Shown here: positions 37,421-50,142 of the stretch, one piece after another
How positions within the stretch are numbered: position 1 is the stretch's first letter
How the letters are laid out: each line of letters starts with the position of its first letter
Source of the DNA: Bilabrum cf. latius
Taxonomy: Eukaryota
Length of the DNA stretch: 64,000 bases
Direction of reading: 5' to 3'
Assembly (NCBI GenBank): GCA_965178125.1
Contig: OZ237761.1
Coordinates: 124,001 to 188,000, forward strand
Notes under the pieces: generated by a model
Database searches by the model: none
Told to the model about the DNA's origin: nothing
Seen by the model: only the letters and a program-made list of their open reading frames with translations
Position numbers and translations under genes: made by a program

Positions 37421-40150
37421 TGCCCCCTCGTCGTCATCCCCATCAGATACCTCTGCCTGTTTCCCACCGGGGAGCCCTCGTCGAATAGAGCCTACGGCGT
37501 CAACCCCCGAGGCCTCGGCAGATCTGCCCTATAAGAGGGCAGACGCACACCCGGGGCTGAAGGAGAGGCAGCCAATAGGTCTCCCGAGAGTTGATCGGTT
37601 GTACGCAAAGCAGAGCTGGGCGGGGCTCGTAAGTGCCGCACAGCCACCCCAGCGTGGGACCCGCTCGACGGTAGGAGTGTGGGTCCAAGCCCATCTTTCC
37701 CCCTACTGTCGGCTATATCCCTTCTAGGAACGGAGCTGGAAGACGATGACGAAGAAGCATTACCTGAGGCCCCGCCCCGGCCAAGTACTTGTGTCGCGGC
37801 GATGCGGCTGGCCCCACGTCTGGCAGCCAGCGTCGCCTTGGCACGTTCAGCAGCGGAATCTGGCTCACGGGTGTAGGTCACGCTCTCCTGCTTGATCCAG
37901 CTACAACCTCAGCGCTCAACGGTATAACACTGCTGCTACGGAGGCCTCGAGCGCGGCGGCCACCAGCCCCGTCGTGAGTGTGGCCTCCTCTATCACTCCG
38001 GTTTGCGCGTCCTCCAGCTTTACTGCGTGTGCCCGACACGTCAGGCCCGCCGGGCGCCCGCACTCCGTGGGTACCCTAGACAGTCTATGGCAGGCGCACA
38101 CTGGCGTTCTGAAGACCAATCAAGCCCAAGTCGATCTACTAGATGACGCAAAGCGACCCGCCAAGGGCTCGCCAGGCTGACATCCACAGCACGGCGGTCC
38201 GCAGCAGGCGCACGCTGGTGCCATCAAGACCACGTCCTCCCAAGTAAACCCAAGATGGCGCTGCACTCACCAGCCGCAGAGTCTACACCACGATGTGCTC
38301 GGCTCTCACCAGCCGCAGAGTCTGCTGCCCCCTCGTCGTCATCCCCATCAGATACCTCTGCCTGTTTCCCACCGGCGAGCCCTCGTTGAATAGAGCCTAC
38401 GGCGTCAACCCCCGAGGCCCCGGCAGATCTGCCCTATAAGAGGGCAGACGCACATCCGGGGCTGAAGGAGAGGCAGCCAATAGGTCTCCCGAGAGTTGAT
38501 CGGTTGTACGCAAAGCAGAGCTGGGCGGGGCCCGTAAGTGCCGCACAGCCACCCCAGCGTGGGACCCGCTCGACGGTAGGAGTGTGGGTCCAGGCCCATC
38601 TTTCCCCCTACTGTCGGCTATATCCCTTCTAGGAACGGAGCTGGAAGACGATGACGAAGAAGCACTACCTGAGGCCCCGCCCCGGCCAAGTACTTGTGTC
38701 GCGGCGATACGGCTGGCCCCACCTCCGGCAGCCAGCGTCGCCTTGGCACGTTCAGCAGCGGAATCTGGCTCACGGGTGTAGGTCATGCTCTCCTGCTTGA
38801 TCCAGCTACAACCTCAGCGCCCGAGGGTACCCCACTGCTGCCGCTACCGGAGTAGTGGCGCCGGCGACGTCGGAGCACTCTCCCCGCCCACGTCGGCGTC
38901 CCTCCTGAACCGGGCGCTGCTGCCGCCGCTTTCGTTTTTGCGCTATGGAGGATTTCCCCGCTGCGGAAAGCTCGAGGACGGCGGCCACTACATCATTTGC
39001 GAGTATGGCCTCCTCCATCACCACGGTCTGCACGTCCTGCAGCTTGACTGCGCCTTGAGCCCGACACGTCAGGCCCGCCGAGCACCTGCACTCCGTGGGT
39101 GCCCTTCCCACCGGCTCGCCAAGCTGCCCTCCACAGCAAGACAGTCTATGGCAGGCGCACACTGGCGTTCTGAAGACCAATCAAGCCCAAGTCGATCTAC
39201 TAGATGACGCAAAGCGACCCGCCAAGGGCTCGCCAGGCTGACATCCACAGCACGGCGGTCCGCAGCAGGCGCACGCTGGTGCCATCAAGACCACGCCATC
39301 CCAAGTAAACCCAAGATGGCGCTGCACTCACCAGCCGCAGAGTCTACACCACGATGTGCTCGGCTCTCACCAGCCGCAGAGTCTGCTGCCCCCTCGTCGT
39401 CATCCCCATCAGATACCTCTGCCTGTTTCCCACCGGCGAGCCCTCGTTGAATAGAGCCTACGGCGTCAACCCCCGAGGCCCCGGCAGATCTGCCCTATAA
39501 GAGGGCAGACGCACATCCGGGGCTGAAGGAGAGGCAGCCAATAGGTCTCCCGAGAGTTGATCGGTTGTACGCAAAGCAGAGCTGGGCGGGGCCCGTAAGT
39601 GCCGCACAGCCACCCCAGCGTGGGACCCGCTCGACGGTAGGAGTGTGAGTCCAGGCCCATCTTTCCCCCTACTGTCGGCTATATCCCTTCTAGGAACGGA
39701 GCTGGAAGACGATGACGAAGAAGCACTACCTGAGGCCCCGCCCCGGCCAAGTACTTGTGTCGCGGCGATGCGGCTGGCCCCACGTCTGGCAGCCAGCGTC
39801 GCCTTGGGACGTTCAGCAGCGGAATCTGGCGCACGGGTGTAGGTCACGCTCTCCTGCTTGATCCAGCTACAACCTCAGCGCCCGAGGGTACCCCACTGCT
39901 GCCGCTACCGGAGTAGTGGCGCGGCGACGTCGGAGCACTCTCCTTGCGCCACTTCCTGCACCGGGCGCCGCTGCCTCCGCCTTCTCCTGCGCGATTGAGA
40001 AGTTCCACGATGCGGAGAGCTCGAGGCTGGCAGCCACCAGATACTTCACGAGCTGGGCCTCCTCCAGCACTACGGTTTGATGTCCTCCAGCTCTACGGCG
40101 TCCGTGCTCGACACGTCAGGCCCGCCGGGCGCCTACTCCGTGGGTGCCGT
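37400..40150 (+). repeat. Three diverged tandem copies of a ~0.9-1.06 kb block
   Basis: Paralogous track ORFs begin at 37492, 38397 and 39458. Confidence 0.9.
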
Positions 40151-41616
40151 TCGCCTCGGCCACCCGGTGGCTGCCGCCGTATCCACTGCCCCAGTTATTG
40201 CCGCGTTCTGCAGGCTGATGAGGTGCCGCATCGCCGTCATCTGGAGGAGGTCGCACGCTAGCTGCGCACCTGTTGGCGTGCCGTCGAGCATGGTCCACCG
40301 GAACACCCGCACCATCAGTGGCGACTCGTCGCCTTCGGCGGACCGCCCTAGCTTAGGGAAAGAGTCGACCATGGCTGCTACCGCCTGTGGCCGTGGTTTC
40401 GAGCTCATTTCTGTGAAGAGAACTAGAGTGGGAGCCATGCTGACGAGAAAATGATCTCGCCGGCGTTGCTGTGCCTGGTCCGCGGTCTCGCATGACTTAT
40501 ACGCGCATTCCGGTTCCGCTAGTGCTTCCTTGCATCCACAAAAGGTAAGCTTGGCTGCGGCTGCGGCTCCCAGGCCGTCACGGATGCGGCACGAGCCGGG
40601 TCAAAATTTTGCGGTTAACTTCAGATACCCCGGGAACTCGCTACCGGCCGCACTTTGTACGCCCTCCAATAGTTCGTTAATAGTTCAAACCAACATTCGC
40701 ACTAAGAGTGATACGCTAAGCAGGCGAGTACGCATGGCGTTGAGTTGCAGCGTGAGTGTTGGCATTTCGGACCCGTCGGTGGCCAACAGTCGGTAAATTC
40801 CAGAGAATTCGTGGGCACCACCTTTCAACAGAACTCCAGTGCCCAGATCTTTATATCTGTGGCGCTGCGTGTTGCGTCTCAGCCTCCACTCGAGCACTTG
40901 CCTCAAGGGAAGTGCCTCGGGAGCACAAACCAGGACCCGAACGACTCGGAATCAGTCGGGCCTGATCCCAAGTCTTACCTGCATCAAGAGATACTTCGTT
41001 CGGCTTCCTCTTGAATTTTGCATTCATAAATCTACGCAGTCGTGGTAAGTGCTTGACCCATTCCGTGTGTCGCTTCCCCGTCTCGATTTCTTCGAGAACC
41101 ATACGAAAGTTTAGAGCCTTGCCGATGAACTGATTCCATTTCTCCACGATGGCTTGCTGTCTATTAACTATGTCTTGCTGTCTGTGCTGTTCTGACTCCC
41201 CTGTTGTGCTCCTTGACGTACTGTTTGAAATCGTCTTTGAATTCTGATCCGTCATCAACTTGAAACATGAAGGGAAGACTGAGATGTTGCCGGGAGTAGA
41301 TCTTCTTGAGTGCATCCACGATAGTTGACGACTTCTTGTCGGCTACCGGTTCAAAATCTGATGATCTGGTGGCAACATCAACAGCTACAAGCAGATATTT
41401 GTATTTGCCATCATGGGGAAGGAAAAGGAGATCAAGCTGGTGGATACCATCCTGGTTTGAACTGTGATGTGACGGCATATTGAAGCCTTTGTCACGTGTT
41501 GGCTCTCGTGTCATCAAGTGAGTAAAATGTTCAAGACTGGTCTGGCCTTCTTTCTGGCCAATGTTGAAGAATGCGCTATCACTTTGCTTAGCCATTATAC
41601 TATTGTTTCATGTTTT

Positions 41617-41948
41617 TCATACCAAGTTCAAGTACAGTTTGGCGAAATACCTGGTTCGTTCGAAGTTAGCGACAATGTCCTTTGACATCACACTCCATAA
41701 CACATTGGCATCCCAGAAGGTTGAATGGTATGGATCGTTAAGCTCGTCGGACTTGAAGCTAGCAAACTCTCTGTATCGTGTTCTTTCTCGGTTTCCTTTG
41801 ACTGCCATGTACTCAGGATCGTATCTATCGCGGTTTCCGATGACACTATGTTGCCATTGACTGAAACAACGTAGAGGTAGTCGCCATCTGTAAACCTTAT
41901 CAGATCTCCAACCTCGTTTGGTCCTTCTGATATACTTTGTGTTTCCAT
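41617..41948 (-). CDS. Small viral-type hypothetical ORF(s), possibly one frameshifted gene
   Basis: Overlapping ORFs 41688-41948 and 41617-41808 directly upstream of the integrase. Confidence 0.4.
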
Positions 41949-41959
41949 TATATAATAAG

Positions 41960-42304
41960 ATGGCAGAATCAAATGAATTCTCAGCGGTTCAGCAGATGAT
42001 GAGTCAACTGAAGGATGAGGCAAGTGCAGACGGCAAGGAAATCGTCAAACTAGCGCATGAATTCATCAAGGAGGTTGAAGATGGGAGGACAGACCCACTT
42101 GTAGCTACCCCTACTCATAAGGTGGGTGGTTGCTTCAAGGCCCTTGATAGTCGCATGCAGTTGTTCAGAGAGATGCGGAACTTTGCACAGACTTCACTTG
42201 CGGAGTTCGATGAGCACGCCAAAACCACACAGGAGCTCGTTGATAAGCTGTATAAGATGGCTGAGAGCAAAGAGAGATCTGATGACGTTGTTGCGGTGGA
42301 CTGA
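41960..42304 (+). CDS. Small viral-type hypothetical protein
   Basis: ATG lies 11 nt from the divergent ATG at 41948, across TATATAAT; TGA stop. Confidence 0.55.
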   Translation: MAESNEFSAVQQMMSQLKDEASADGKEIVKLAHEFIKEVEDGRTDPLVATPTHKVGGCFKALDSRMQLFREMRNFAQTSLAEFDEHAKTTQELVDKLYKMAESKERSDDVVAVD

Positions 42305-42344
42305 ATTTAAATGTTACATGAGATGTAGCATGTAAATAAAATGT

Positions 42345-42728
42345 TCACCGTTCCCATAGAACCGTTAGGACGTATGTCCCATTCCTTTTCTTCTTTATTT
42401 TGAATCCTTTCAACAACATATTCTCACCCGGATGAATTGCTCCATACACTCTTTCGTATCGTTGATAGAGTAAGTAGGCGAAAGACATTAGTGATAGCAT
42501 TGTTGAGTCGGATACATCCATAGCTACCTTTTCTTGAGTTGGACCCTTGAATACCATTCTTATCCTTGCACCTTCCGGCAACATATGCTTCAGAACCTTG
42601 GTATTTTCTTTGTCGGAAAGAACTTTTCCGATGTCAAGAACCGTATCCATACGCGGGACATCTTCGGTTCGATCGTAGATGATGCCGGTATACTCATAGA
42701 ATAGTTTATTGATGCGTTTCTCTGCCAT
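42345..42728 (-). CDS. Small viral-type hypothetical protein
   Basis: Clean 127-aa ORF with TGA stop. Its upstream motif is restored when 42735-51190 is removed. Confidence 0.6.
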   Translation of the reverse strand: MAEKRINKLFYEYTGIIYDRTEDVPRMDTVLDIGKVLSDKENTKVLKHMLPEGARIRMVFKGPTQEKVAMDVSDSTMLSLMSFAYLLYQRYERVYGAIHPGENMLLKGFKIKKKRNGTYVLTVLWER

Positions 42729-43297
42729 GTTTCTTATACCTAACGCCGGATGGGGTTCGGGTTTGATGCGACGATGGGAGCGCAGGTTGTTGTCGCTGTA
42801 TTGTGTCTGACGGAACCGTTCTGCCAGAATTTCTGCCAGAATTTCTGCCAGTTTCTGCCAGTTTCTGCCAGTTTCTGCCAGTTCCTGCCAGTTCCTGCCA
42901 GAAGAAAAATGCATTGCACGGCTGTTAGAATGGCTACAAGGACATGGCGAAAACTGGATACCAACACTTACTGGTTTTCAAATTTGCTAACTATCGTTCA
43001 TGTTTAGGCAGCGTGCTACAGCTATGCTTGTGTTTTCTGGTATTTAGGGAAGATATGGACTTGTTCGACTGTAAGCTATCGCAAAACCTTCAAGTTGTTT
43101 GTGTTCACTCTTGTCTTAGCGTGTCAACCGCTGACTAATTTTAACTGTTAATCTACGATAATGTAGTAGTAGTTCATGATAAGTAGCACCGGATCTGAAT
43201 ATATATGCCTTCCCTAATACAGATCCTTTTCCCGCATTGAACTCAACTAATTGTTGTACAACAACTACTCAATGGAAACGCCAACCAACAACCGATT

Positions 43298-46200
43298 GCG
43301 AGGTGCAAAGGGGGAGGGAGCCGTGTGCAGTATCGGCGTCATGTCCTCGAGGGCAGTGCGAGCTGGTGCTGTGGGCGACCAGGTGTGAGGTGGGGAGGGG
43401 GGAGGGAGCCATGTGCAGTATCGGCGTCATGTCCTCGAGGGCAGTGCGAGCTGGTGCTGTGGGCGACCGGGTGTGAGGTGGGGAGGGGGACGAGAGCCAT
43501 GTGCAGTATCGGCGTCATGTCCTCGAGGGCAGTGCGAGCTGGTGCTGTGGGCGACCGGGTGTGAGGTGGAGAGGGGGACGAGAGCCGTGTGCAGTATCGG
43601 CGTCATGTCCTCGAGGGCAGTGCGAGCTGGTGCTGTGGGCGACCGGGTGTGAGGTGGAGAGGGGGAGGGAGCCGTGTGCAGTATCGGCGTCATGTCCTCG
43701 AGGGCAGTGCGAGCTGGTGCTGTGGGCGACCGGGTGTGAGGTGGAGAGGGGGAGGGAGCCATGTGCAGTATCGGCGTCATGTCCTCGAGGGCAGTGCGAG
43801 CTGGTGCTGTGGGCGACCGGGTGTGAGGTGGGGAGGGGGAGGGAGCCGTGTGCAGTATCGGCGTCATGTCCTTCAGGGCAGTGCGAGCTCGTGCTGTGGG
43901 CGACCGGGTGTGAGGTGGAGAGGGGGACGAGAGCCGTGTGCAGTATCGGCGTCATGTCCTCGAGGGCAGTGCGAGCTGGTGCTGTGGGCGACCGGGTGTG
44001 AGGTGGAGAGGGGGACGAGAGCCGTGTGCAGTATCGGCGTCATGTCCTCGAGGGCAGTGCGAGCTGGTGCTGTGGGCGACCGGGTGTGAGGTGGAGAGGG
44101 GGGAGGGAGCCGTGTGCAGTATCGGCGTCATGTCCTCGAGGGCAGTGCGAGCTGGTGCTGTGGGCGACCGGGTGTGAGGTGGAGAGGGGGGAGGGAGCCA
44201 TGTGCAGTATCGGCGTCATGTCCTCGAGGGCAGTGCGAGCTGGTGCTGTGGGCGACCGGGTGTGAGGTGGAGAGGGGGGAGGGAGCCATGTGCAGTATCG
44301 GCGTCATGTCCTTCAGGGCAGTGCGAGCTGGTGCTGTGGGCGACCGGGTGTGAGGTGGGGAGGGGGGACGAGAGCCGTGTGCAGTATCGGCGTCATGTCC
44401 TCGAGGGCAGTGCGAGCTGGTGCTGTGGGCGACCGGGTGTGAGGTGGGGAGGGGGACGAGAGCCGTGTGCAGTATCGGCGTCATGTCCTCGAGGGCAGTG
44501 CGAGCTGGTGCTGTGGGCGACCGGGTGTGAGGTGGAGAGGGGGGAGGGAGCCGTGTGCAGTATCGGCGTCATGTCCTCGAGGGCAGTGCGAGCTGGTGCT
44601 GTGGGCGACCGGGTGTGAGGTGGAGAGGGGGGAGGGAGCCGTGTGCAGTATCGGCGTCATGTCCTCGAGGGCAGTGCGAGCTGGTGCTGTGGGCGACCGG
44701 GTGTGAGGTGGAGAGGGGGAGGGAGCCGTGTGCAGTATCGGCGTCATGTCCTCGAGGGCAGTGCGAGCTGGTGCTGTGGGCGACCGGGTGTGAGGTGGAG
44801 AGGGGGGAGGGAGCCGTGTGCAGTATCGGCGTCATGTCCTCGAGGGCAGTGCGAGCTGGTGCTGTGGGCGACCGGGTGTGAGGTGGGGAGGGGGGAGGGA
44901 GCCGTGTGCAGTATCGGCGTCATGTCCTCGAGGGCAGTGCGAGCTGGTGCTGTGGGCGACCGGGTGTGAGGTGGAGAGGGGGGAGGGAGCCATGTGCAGT
45001 ATCGGCGTCATGTCCTCGAGGGCAGTGCGAGCTGGTGCTGTGGGCGACCGGGTGTGAGGTGGAGAGGGGGGAGGGAGCCATGTGCAGTATCGGCGTCATG
45101 TCCTCGAGGGCAGTGCGAGCTGGTGCTGTGGGCGACCGGGTGTGAGGTGGAGAGGGGGGAGGGAGCCATGTGCAGTATCGGCGTCATGTCCTCGAGGGCA
45201 GTGCGAGCTGGTGCTGTGGGCGACCGGGTGTGAGGTGGAGAGGGGGACGAGAGCCGTGTGTAGTATCGGCGTCATGTCCTCGAGGGCAGTGCGAGCTGGT
45301 GCTGTGGGCGACCGGGTGTGAGGTGGAGAGGGGGGAGGGAGCCATGTGCAGTATCGGCGTCATGTCCTCGAGGGCAGTGCGAGCTGGTGCTGTGGGCGAC
45401 CGGGTGTGAGGTGGAGAGGGGGGAGGGAGCCGTGTGCAGTATCGGCGTCATGTCCTCGAGGGCAGTGCGAGCTGGTGCTGTGGGCGACCGGGTGTGAGGT
45501 GGAGAGGGGGAGGGAGCCGTGTACAGTATCGGCGTCATGTCCTCGAGGGCAGTGCGAGCTGGTGCTGTGGGCGACCGGGTGTGAGGTGGGGAGGGGGGAG
45601 GGAGCCGTGTACAGTATCGGCGTCATGTCCTCCAGGGCAGTGCGAGCTGGTGCTGTGGGCGACCGGGTGTGAGGTGGAGAGGGGGAGGGAGCCGTGTGCA
45701 GTATCGGCGTCATGTCCTCGAGTGCAGTGCGAGCTGGTGCTGTGGGCGACCGGGTGTGAGGTGGAGAGGGGGGAGGGAGCCATGTGCAGTATCGGCGTCA
45801 TGTCCTTCAGGGCAGTGCGAGCTGGTGCTGTGGGCGACCGGGTGTGAGGTGGAGAGGGGGAGGGAGCCATGTGCAGTATCGGCGTCATGTCCTCGAGTGC
45901 AGTGCGAGCTGGTGCTGTGGGCGACCGGGTGTGAGGTGGAGAGGGGGGAGGGAGCCATGTGCAGTATCGGCGTCATGTCCTCGAGTGCAGTGCGAGCTGG
46001 TGCTGTGGGCGACCGGGTGTGAGGTGGAGAGGGGGGAGGGAGCCATGTGCAGTATCGGCGTCATGTCCTCGAGTGCAGTGCGAGCTGGTGCTGTGGGCGA
46101 CCGGGTGTGAGGTGGAGAGGGGGGAGGGAGCCATGTGCAGTATCGGCGTCATGTCCTCGAGGGCAGTGCGAGCTGGTGCTGTGGGCGACCGGGTGTGAGG

Positions 46201-48240
46201 TGGGGAGGGGGGAGGGAGCCGTGTGCAGTATCGGCGTCATGTCCTCGAGGGCAGTGCGAGCTGGTGCTGTGGGCGACCGGGTGTGAGGTGGAGAGGGGGG
46301 AGGGAGCCATGTGCAGTATCGGCGTCATGTCCTCGAGGGCAGTGCGAGCTGGTGCTGTGGGCGACCGGGTGTGAGGTGGGGAGGGGGGAGGGAGCCGTGT
46401 GCAGTATCGGCGTCATGTCCTCGAGGGCAGTGCGAGCTGGTGCTGTGGGCGACCGGGTGTGAGGTGGAGAGGGGGGAGGGAGCCATGTGCAGTATCGGCG
46501 TCATGTCCTCGAGGGCAGTGCAAGCTGGTGCTGTGGGCGACCGGGTGTGAGGTGGAGAGGGGGAGGGAGCCATGTGCAGTATCGGCGTCATGTCCTCGAG
46601 GGCAGTGCGAGCTGGTGCTGTGGGCGACCGGGTGTGAGGTGGGGAGGGGGGAGGGAGCCGTGTACAGTATCGGCGTCATGTCCTCGAGGGCAGTGCGAGC
46701 TGGTGCTGTGGGCGACCGGGTGTGAGGTGGAGAGGGGGGAGGGAGCCATGTGCAGTATCGGCGTCATGTCCTCGAGGGCAGTGCGAGCTGGTGCTGTGGG
46801 CGACCGGGTGTGAGGTGGAGAGGGGGGAGGGAGCCATGTGCAGTATCGGCGTCATGTCCTCGAGGGCAGTGCGAGCTGGTGCTGTGGGCGACCGGGTGTG
46901 AGGTGGAGAGGGGGGAGGGAGCCATGTGCAGTATCGGCGTCATGTCCTCGAGGGCAGTGCGAGCTGGTGCTGTGGGCGACCGGGTGTGAGGTGGGGAGGG
47001 GGACGAGAGCCGTGTGTAGTATCGGCGTCATGTCCTCGAGGGCAGTGCGAGCTGGTGCTGTGGGCGACCGGGTGTGAGGTGGAGAGGGGGACGAGAGCCG
47101 TGTGTAGTATCGGCGTCATGTCCTCCAGGGCAGTGCGAGCTGGTGCTGTGGGCGACCGGGTGTGAGGTGTGGAGGGGGGAGGGAGCCGTGTGCAGTATCG
47201 GCGTCATGTCCTCGAGGGCAGTGCGAGCTGGTGCTGTGGGCGACCGGGTGTGAGGTGGAGAGGGGGGAGGGAGCCATGTGCAGTATCGGCGTCATGTCCT
47301 CGAGGGCAGTGCGAGCTGGTGCTGTGGGCGACCGGGTGTGAGGTGGAGAGGGGGGAGGGAGCCATGTGCAGTATCGGCGTCATGTCCTCGAGGGCAGTGC
47401 GAGCTGGTGCTGTGGGCGACCGGGTGTGAGGTGGAGAGGGGGGAGGGAGCCGTGTGCAGTATCGGCGTCATGTCCTCGAGGGCAGTGCGAGCTGGTGCTG
47501 TGGGTGACCGGGTGTGAGGTGGGGAGGGGGGAGGGAGCCATGTGCAGTATCGGCGTCATGTCCTCGAGGGCAGTGCGAGCTGGTGCTGTGGGCGACCGGG
47601 TGTGAGGTGGAGAGGGGGGAGGGAGCCGTGTGCAGTATCGGCGTCATGTCCTCGAGGGCAGTGCGAGCTGGTGCTGTGGGCGACCGGGTGTGAGGTGGAG
47701 AGGGGGGAGGGAGCCATGTGCAGTATCGGCGTCATGTCCTCGAGGGCAGTGCGAGCTGGTGCTGTGGGCGACCGGGTGTGAGGTGGAGAGGGGGGAGGGA
47801 GCCGTGTGCAGTATCGGCGTCATGTCCTCGAGGGCAGTGCGAGCTGGTGCTGTGGCTGGCCGGGTGTGAGGTGGAGAGGGGGGAGGGAGCCGTGTGCAGT
47901 ATCGGCGTCATGTCCTCGAGGGCAGTGCGAGCTGGTGCTGTGGGCGACCGGGTGTGAGGTGGAGAGGGGGAGGGAGCCGTGTACAGTATCGGCGTCATGT
48001 CCTCGAGGGCAGTGCGAGCTGGTGCTGTGGGCGACCGGGTGTGAGGTGGAGAGGGGGACGAGAGCCGTGTGCAGTATCGGCGTCATGTCCTCGAGAGCAG
48101 TGCGAGCTGGTGCTGTGGGCGACCGGGTGTGAGGTGGAGAGGGGGACAAGAGCCGTGTGCAGTATCGGCGTCATGTCCTCGAGGGCAGTGCGAGCTGGTG
48201 CTGTGGGCGACCGGGTGTGAGGTGGAGAGGGGGAGGGAGG
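43298..48240 (+). repeat. 87-88 bp G-rich satellite, about 56 tandem copies
   Basis: Unit gtgtgaggtggagaggggggagggagccatgtgcagtatcggcgtcatgtcctcgagggcagtgcgagctggtgctgtgggcgaccgg, with no unique spacers. Confidence 0.97.
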
Positions 48241-50142
48241 GCTTGCGATATATTTAGATTGATGTTGGGTTTGTAATATTTCATTACTTGTTTTTTTTGC
48301 CACTTGAGTTGCTTATTCGTGTATTGTTATCTTGTGGATCACTTGTTTTGTTTATCGTGATCTGATGGATCCTGATTGCTTTGCGCATATTAGCCGCTCG
48401 TTTAGACAATGTCTAGCACCACTTGTTTCTCGATTCCAATTCGCCTCCGCTGTAGTATCATGCATTGTACAAGGCTGGACGTCGCCACCTGAGATTCTTC
48501 TATCCGATCCTATGGATCGGATAGGCCTACGACGAGCCTACTCGTCTCGCTTGAACTGCTCTGATGCGCTGCCACTGGGCCGCATCCTAGAGTTGAACTT
48601 AGACCTAGGCTTGAGATCAGATTTGTTCCTTAAACCACAGCTAGCACGTGCAGGTCTTGGCCGACCTTCCCCTGCGCCTCGTCTACCCACCTGCCTGTTG
48701 GCCACCTGTGCGCTGCTTACCATGCAGCCCGCTACCACTCGCGTATCCCTTGTGCCTGGCGCCTGGGGCCCCATTCCTCCCGTTGTGTTCTACCTATTGA
48801 CACCGCACTATCCTCGCCTGTGCCTGCCTCGTCTTCCAGCTCATCTCTGCTCCCCGTCGCTTCAATCCTAATGTCCGAGTAAACATGATATCATTGGCTG
48901 CCTCCATCTTTGAACGTTGCGTTCCGAGAGGTCGCCCTCCTGCAATCCATTGATACTACAGTTATCTATAGACCCCAAGGGCTTAGTATCGGGCAATTTA
49001 CATGACTCAGGATGGGGATTCAGTATCGACTATCCATGATTGCAGGTTGTAACGCAGGTGGCTGGGTATCTGTCGTTGTCAACTATCCTCTTGAAATCCG
49101 CTCTACGCCCACCCGCACTAGTGCCTTGCTGCGCGCGTGAACCTACAAGATAAAGGACTAGACGGTGCATGGAGCGGAATAGGACGCCTCCGAGTATGCA
49201 CCAAACGGCAACCCAGCGCGTCTGCCCACTTCTATGATCGCGATTGAATCTACATCAGCTGGCCACCCCGGAGCTCCACCATGTTGCCGATTCCCAGAAC
49301 TACCCCCATGGCATCAAGTCTACTTACGCATCGCTCGGTAGGCACTGAACTGATTTCCCTTGCTTGAGAGGCTTCCGCAATCACCTTGGATTGGGCAAAC
49401 ACGCACACTGAAGCAGATGTCCTTCTTGGGTGCAAGACTACTGCTAGACCTCGACGCCAACATACACTGTATGATAGGTGCTAGCTTTACCTGCTTGCGA
49501 CAGTACATTTCTTCGTATGATTTGCGCGGAGTGTATGGAGAGCAAACCGCTCAACAGCAACACACACTCCAGATACTGACCATCCCACAACAGCGGCATA
49601 TGCGGTCGTCAATTGATGTTTATTAGTAATTAAAGTATTCTCTTGTAGTATGAGGATGAAGTGCTCGCAGAATTTGTCAGACCTGGCATCTTGTCAGCAG
49701 CTCGATACATCCAGCATCATCAAACAGACTATCTGCCCAGACCTGACCGCTTTGAATACAGCAATATGGTATGTACTAATAAGTGAAGCAGTTCAAGCTG
49801 TTTTGGTTAGACTTGCACTCAGCACTGTGTCAGCAGCTGGGCGCTCACGTGCTGCGGGAGAATTTGTGCTTTCGTCAATACTGGCCCCATGTATCGCCCT
49901 TGAGGGCATGTACCCGCAGCAGTGTCTTTTATTTTAGTATTTAAAGTGAATCATGTCCATCGCTGTGCAATATATGGTGTGTCTGACCACAAGTATTTCT
50001 GGCTGTACTGGCTGTCATTGACTATTTCTGGCCAGAAAAGTCCTGCCAGAATTCTGGCAGCTCTTGGCAAGAACTGGCAGAAACTGGCAGAATTTGGCAG
50101 ATTTTCGTTGGTATTATCCAGTCACAATACGTTACAAACAGA

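Larger units (their letters stand above)
34403..40979 (-). mobile_element. Second, internally deleted YR retrotransposon with split direct repeats
   Basis: 40822-40979 equals 34721-34878, and 34880-35028 equals 34401-34548 (A...BAB layout on the minus strand). Weak RT and YR remnants (RLLIDF, HADWKS..AVY). Confidence 0.75.
33958..41595 (-). pseudogene. Retroviral-type integrase with C-terminal chromodomain, disrupted (segments 41595-40977 and 34402-33958)
   Basis: DDE motifs HQLDLL, VDVATR, VDDGSEF, QQAIVE; chromodomain EYLVEWKGYP. Rejoining the segments gives in-frame SLDAGPPVCKG. Confidence 0.87.

Noticed and set aside
43298-48240. CRISPR array
   Set aside because: Units are contiguous near-identical repeats with no unique spacers, no cas genes are present, and the context is eukaryotic.
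43237-48303. Many 79-166 aa ORFs in the satellite
   Set aside because: They are by-products of the 88-bp periodicity.
48241-50020. Coding genes right of the satellite
   Set aside because: No recognisable motifs or convincing long frame were found.
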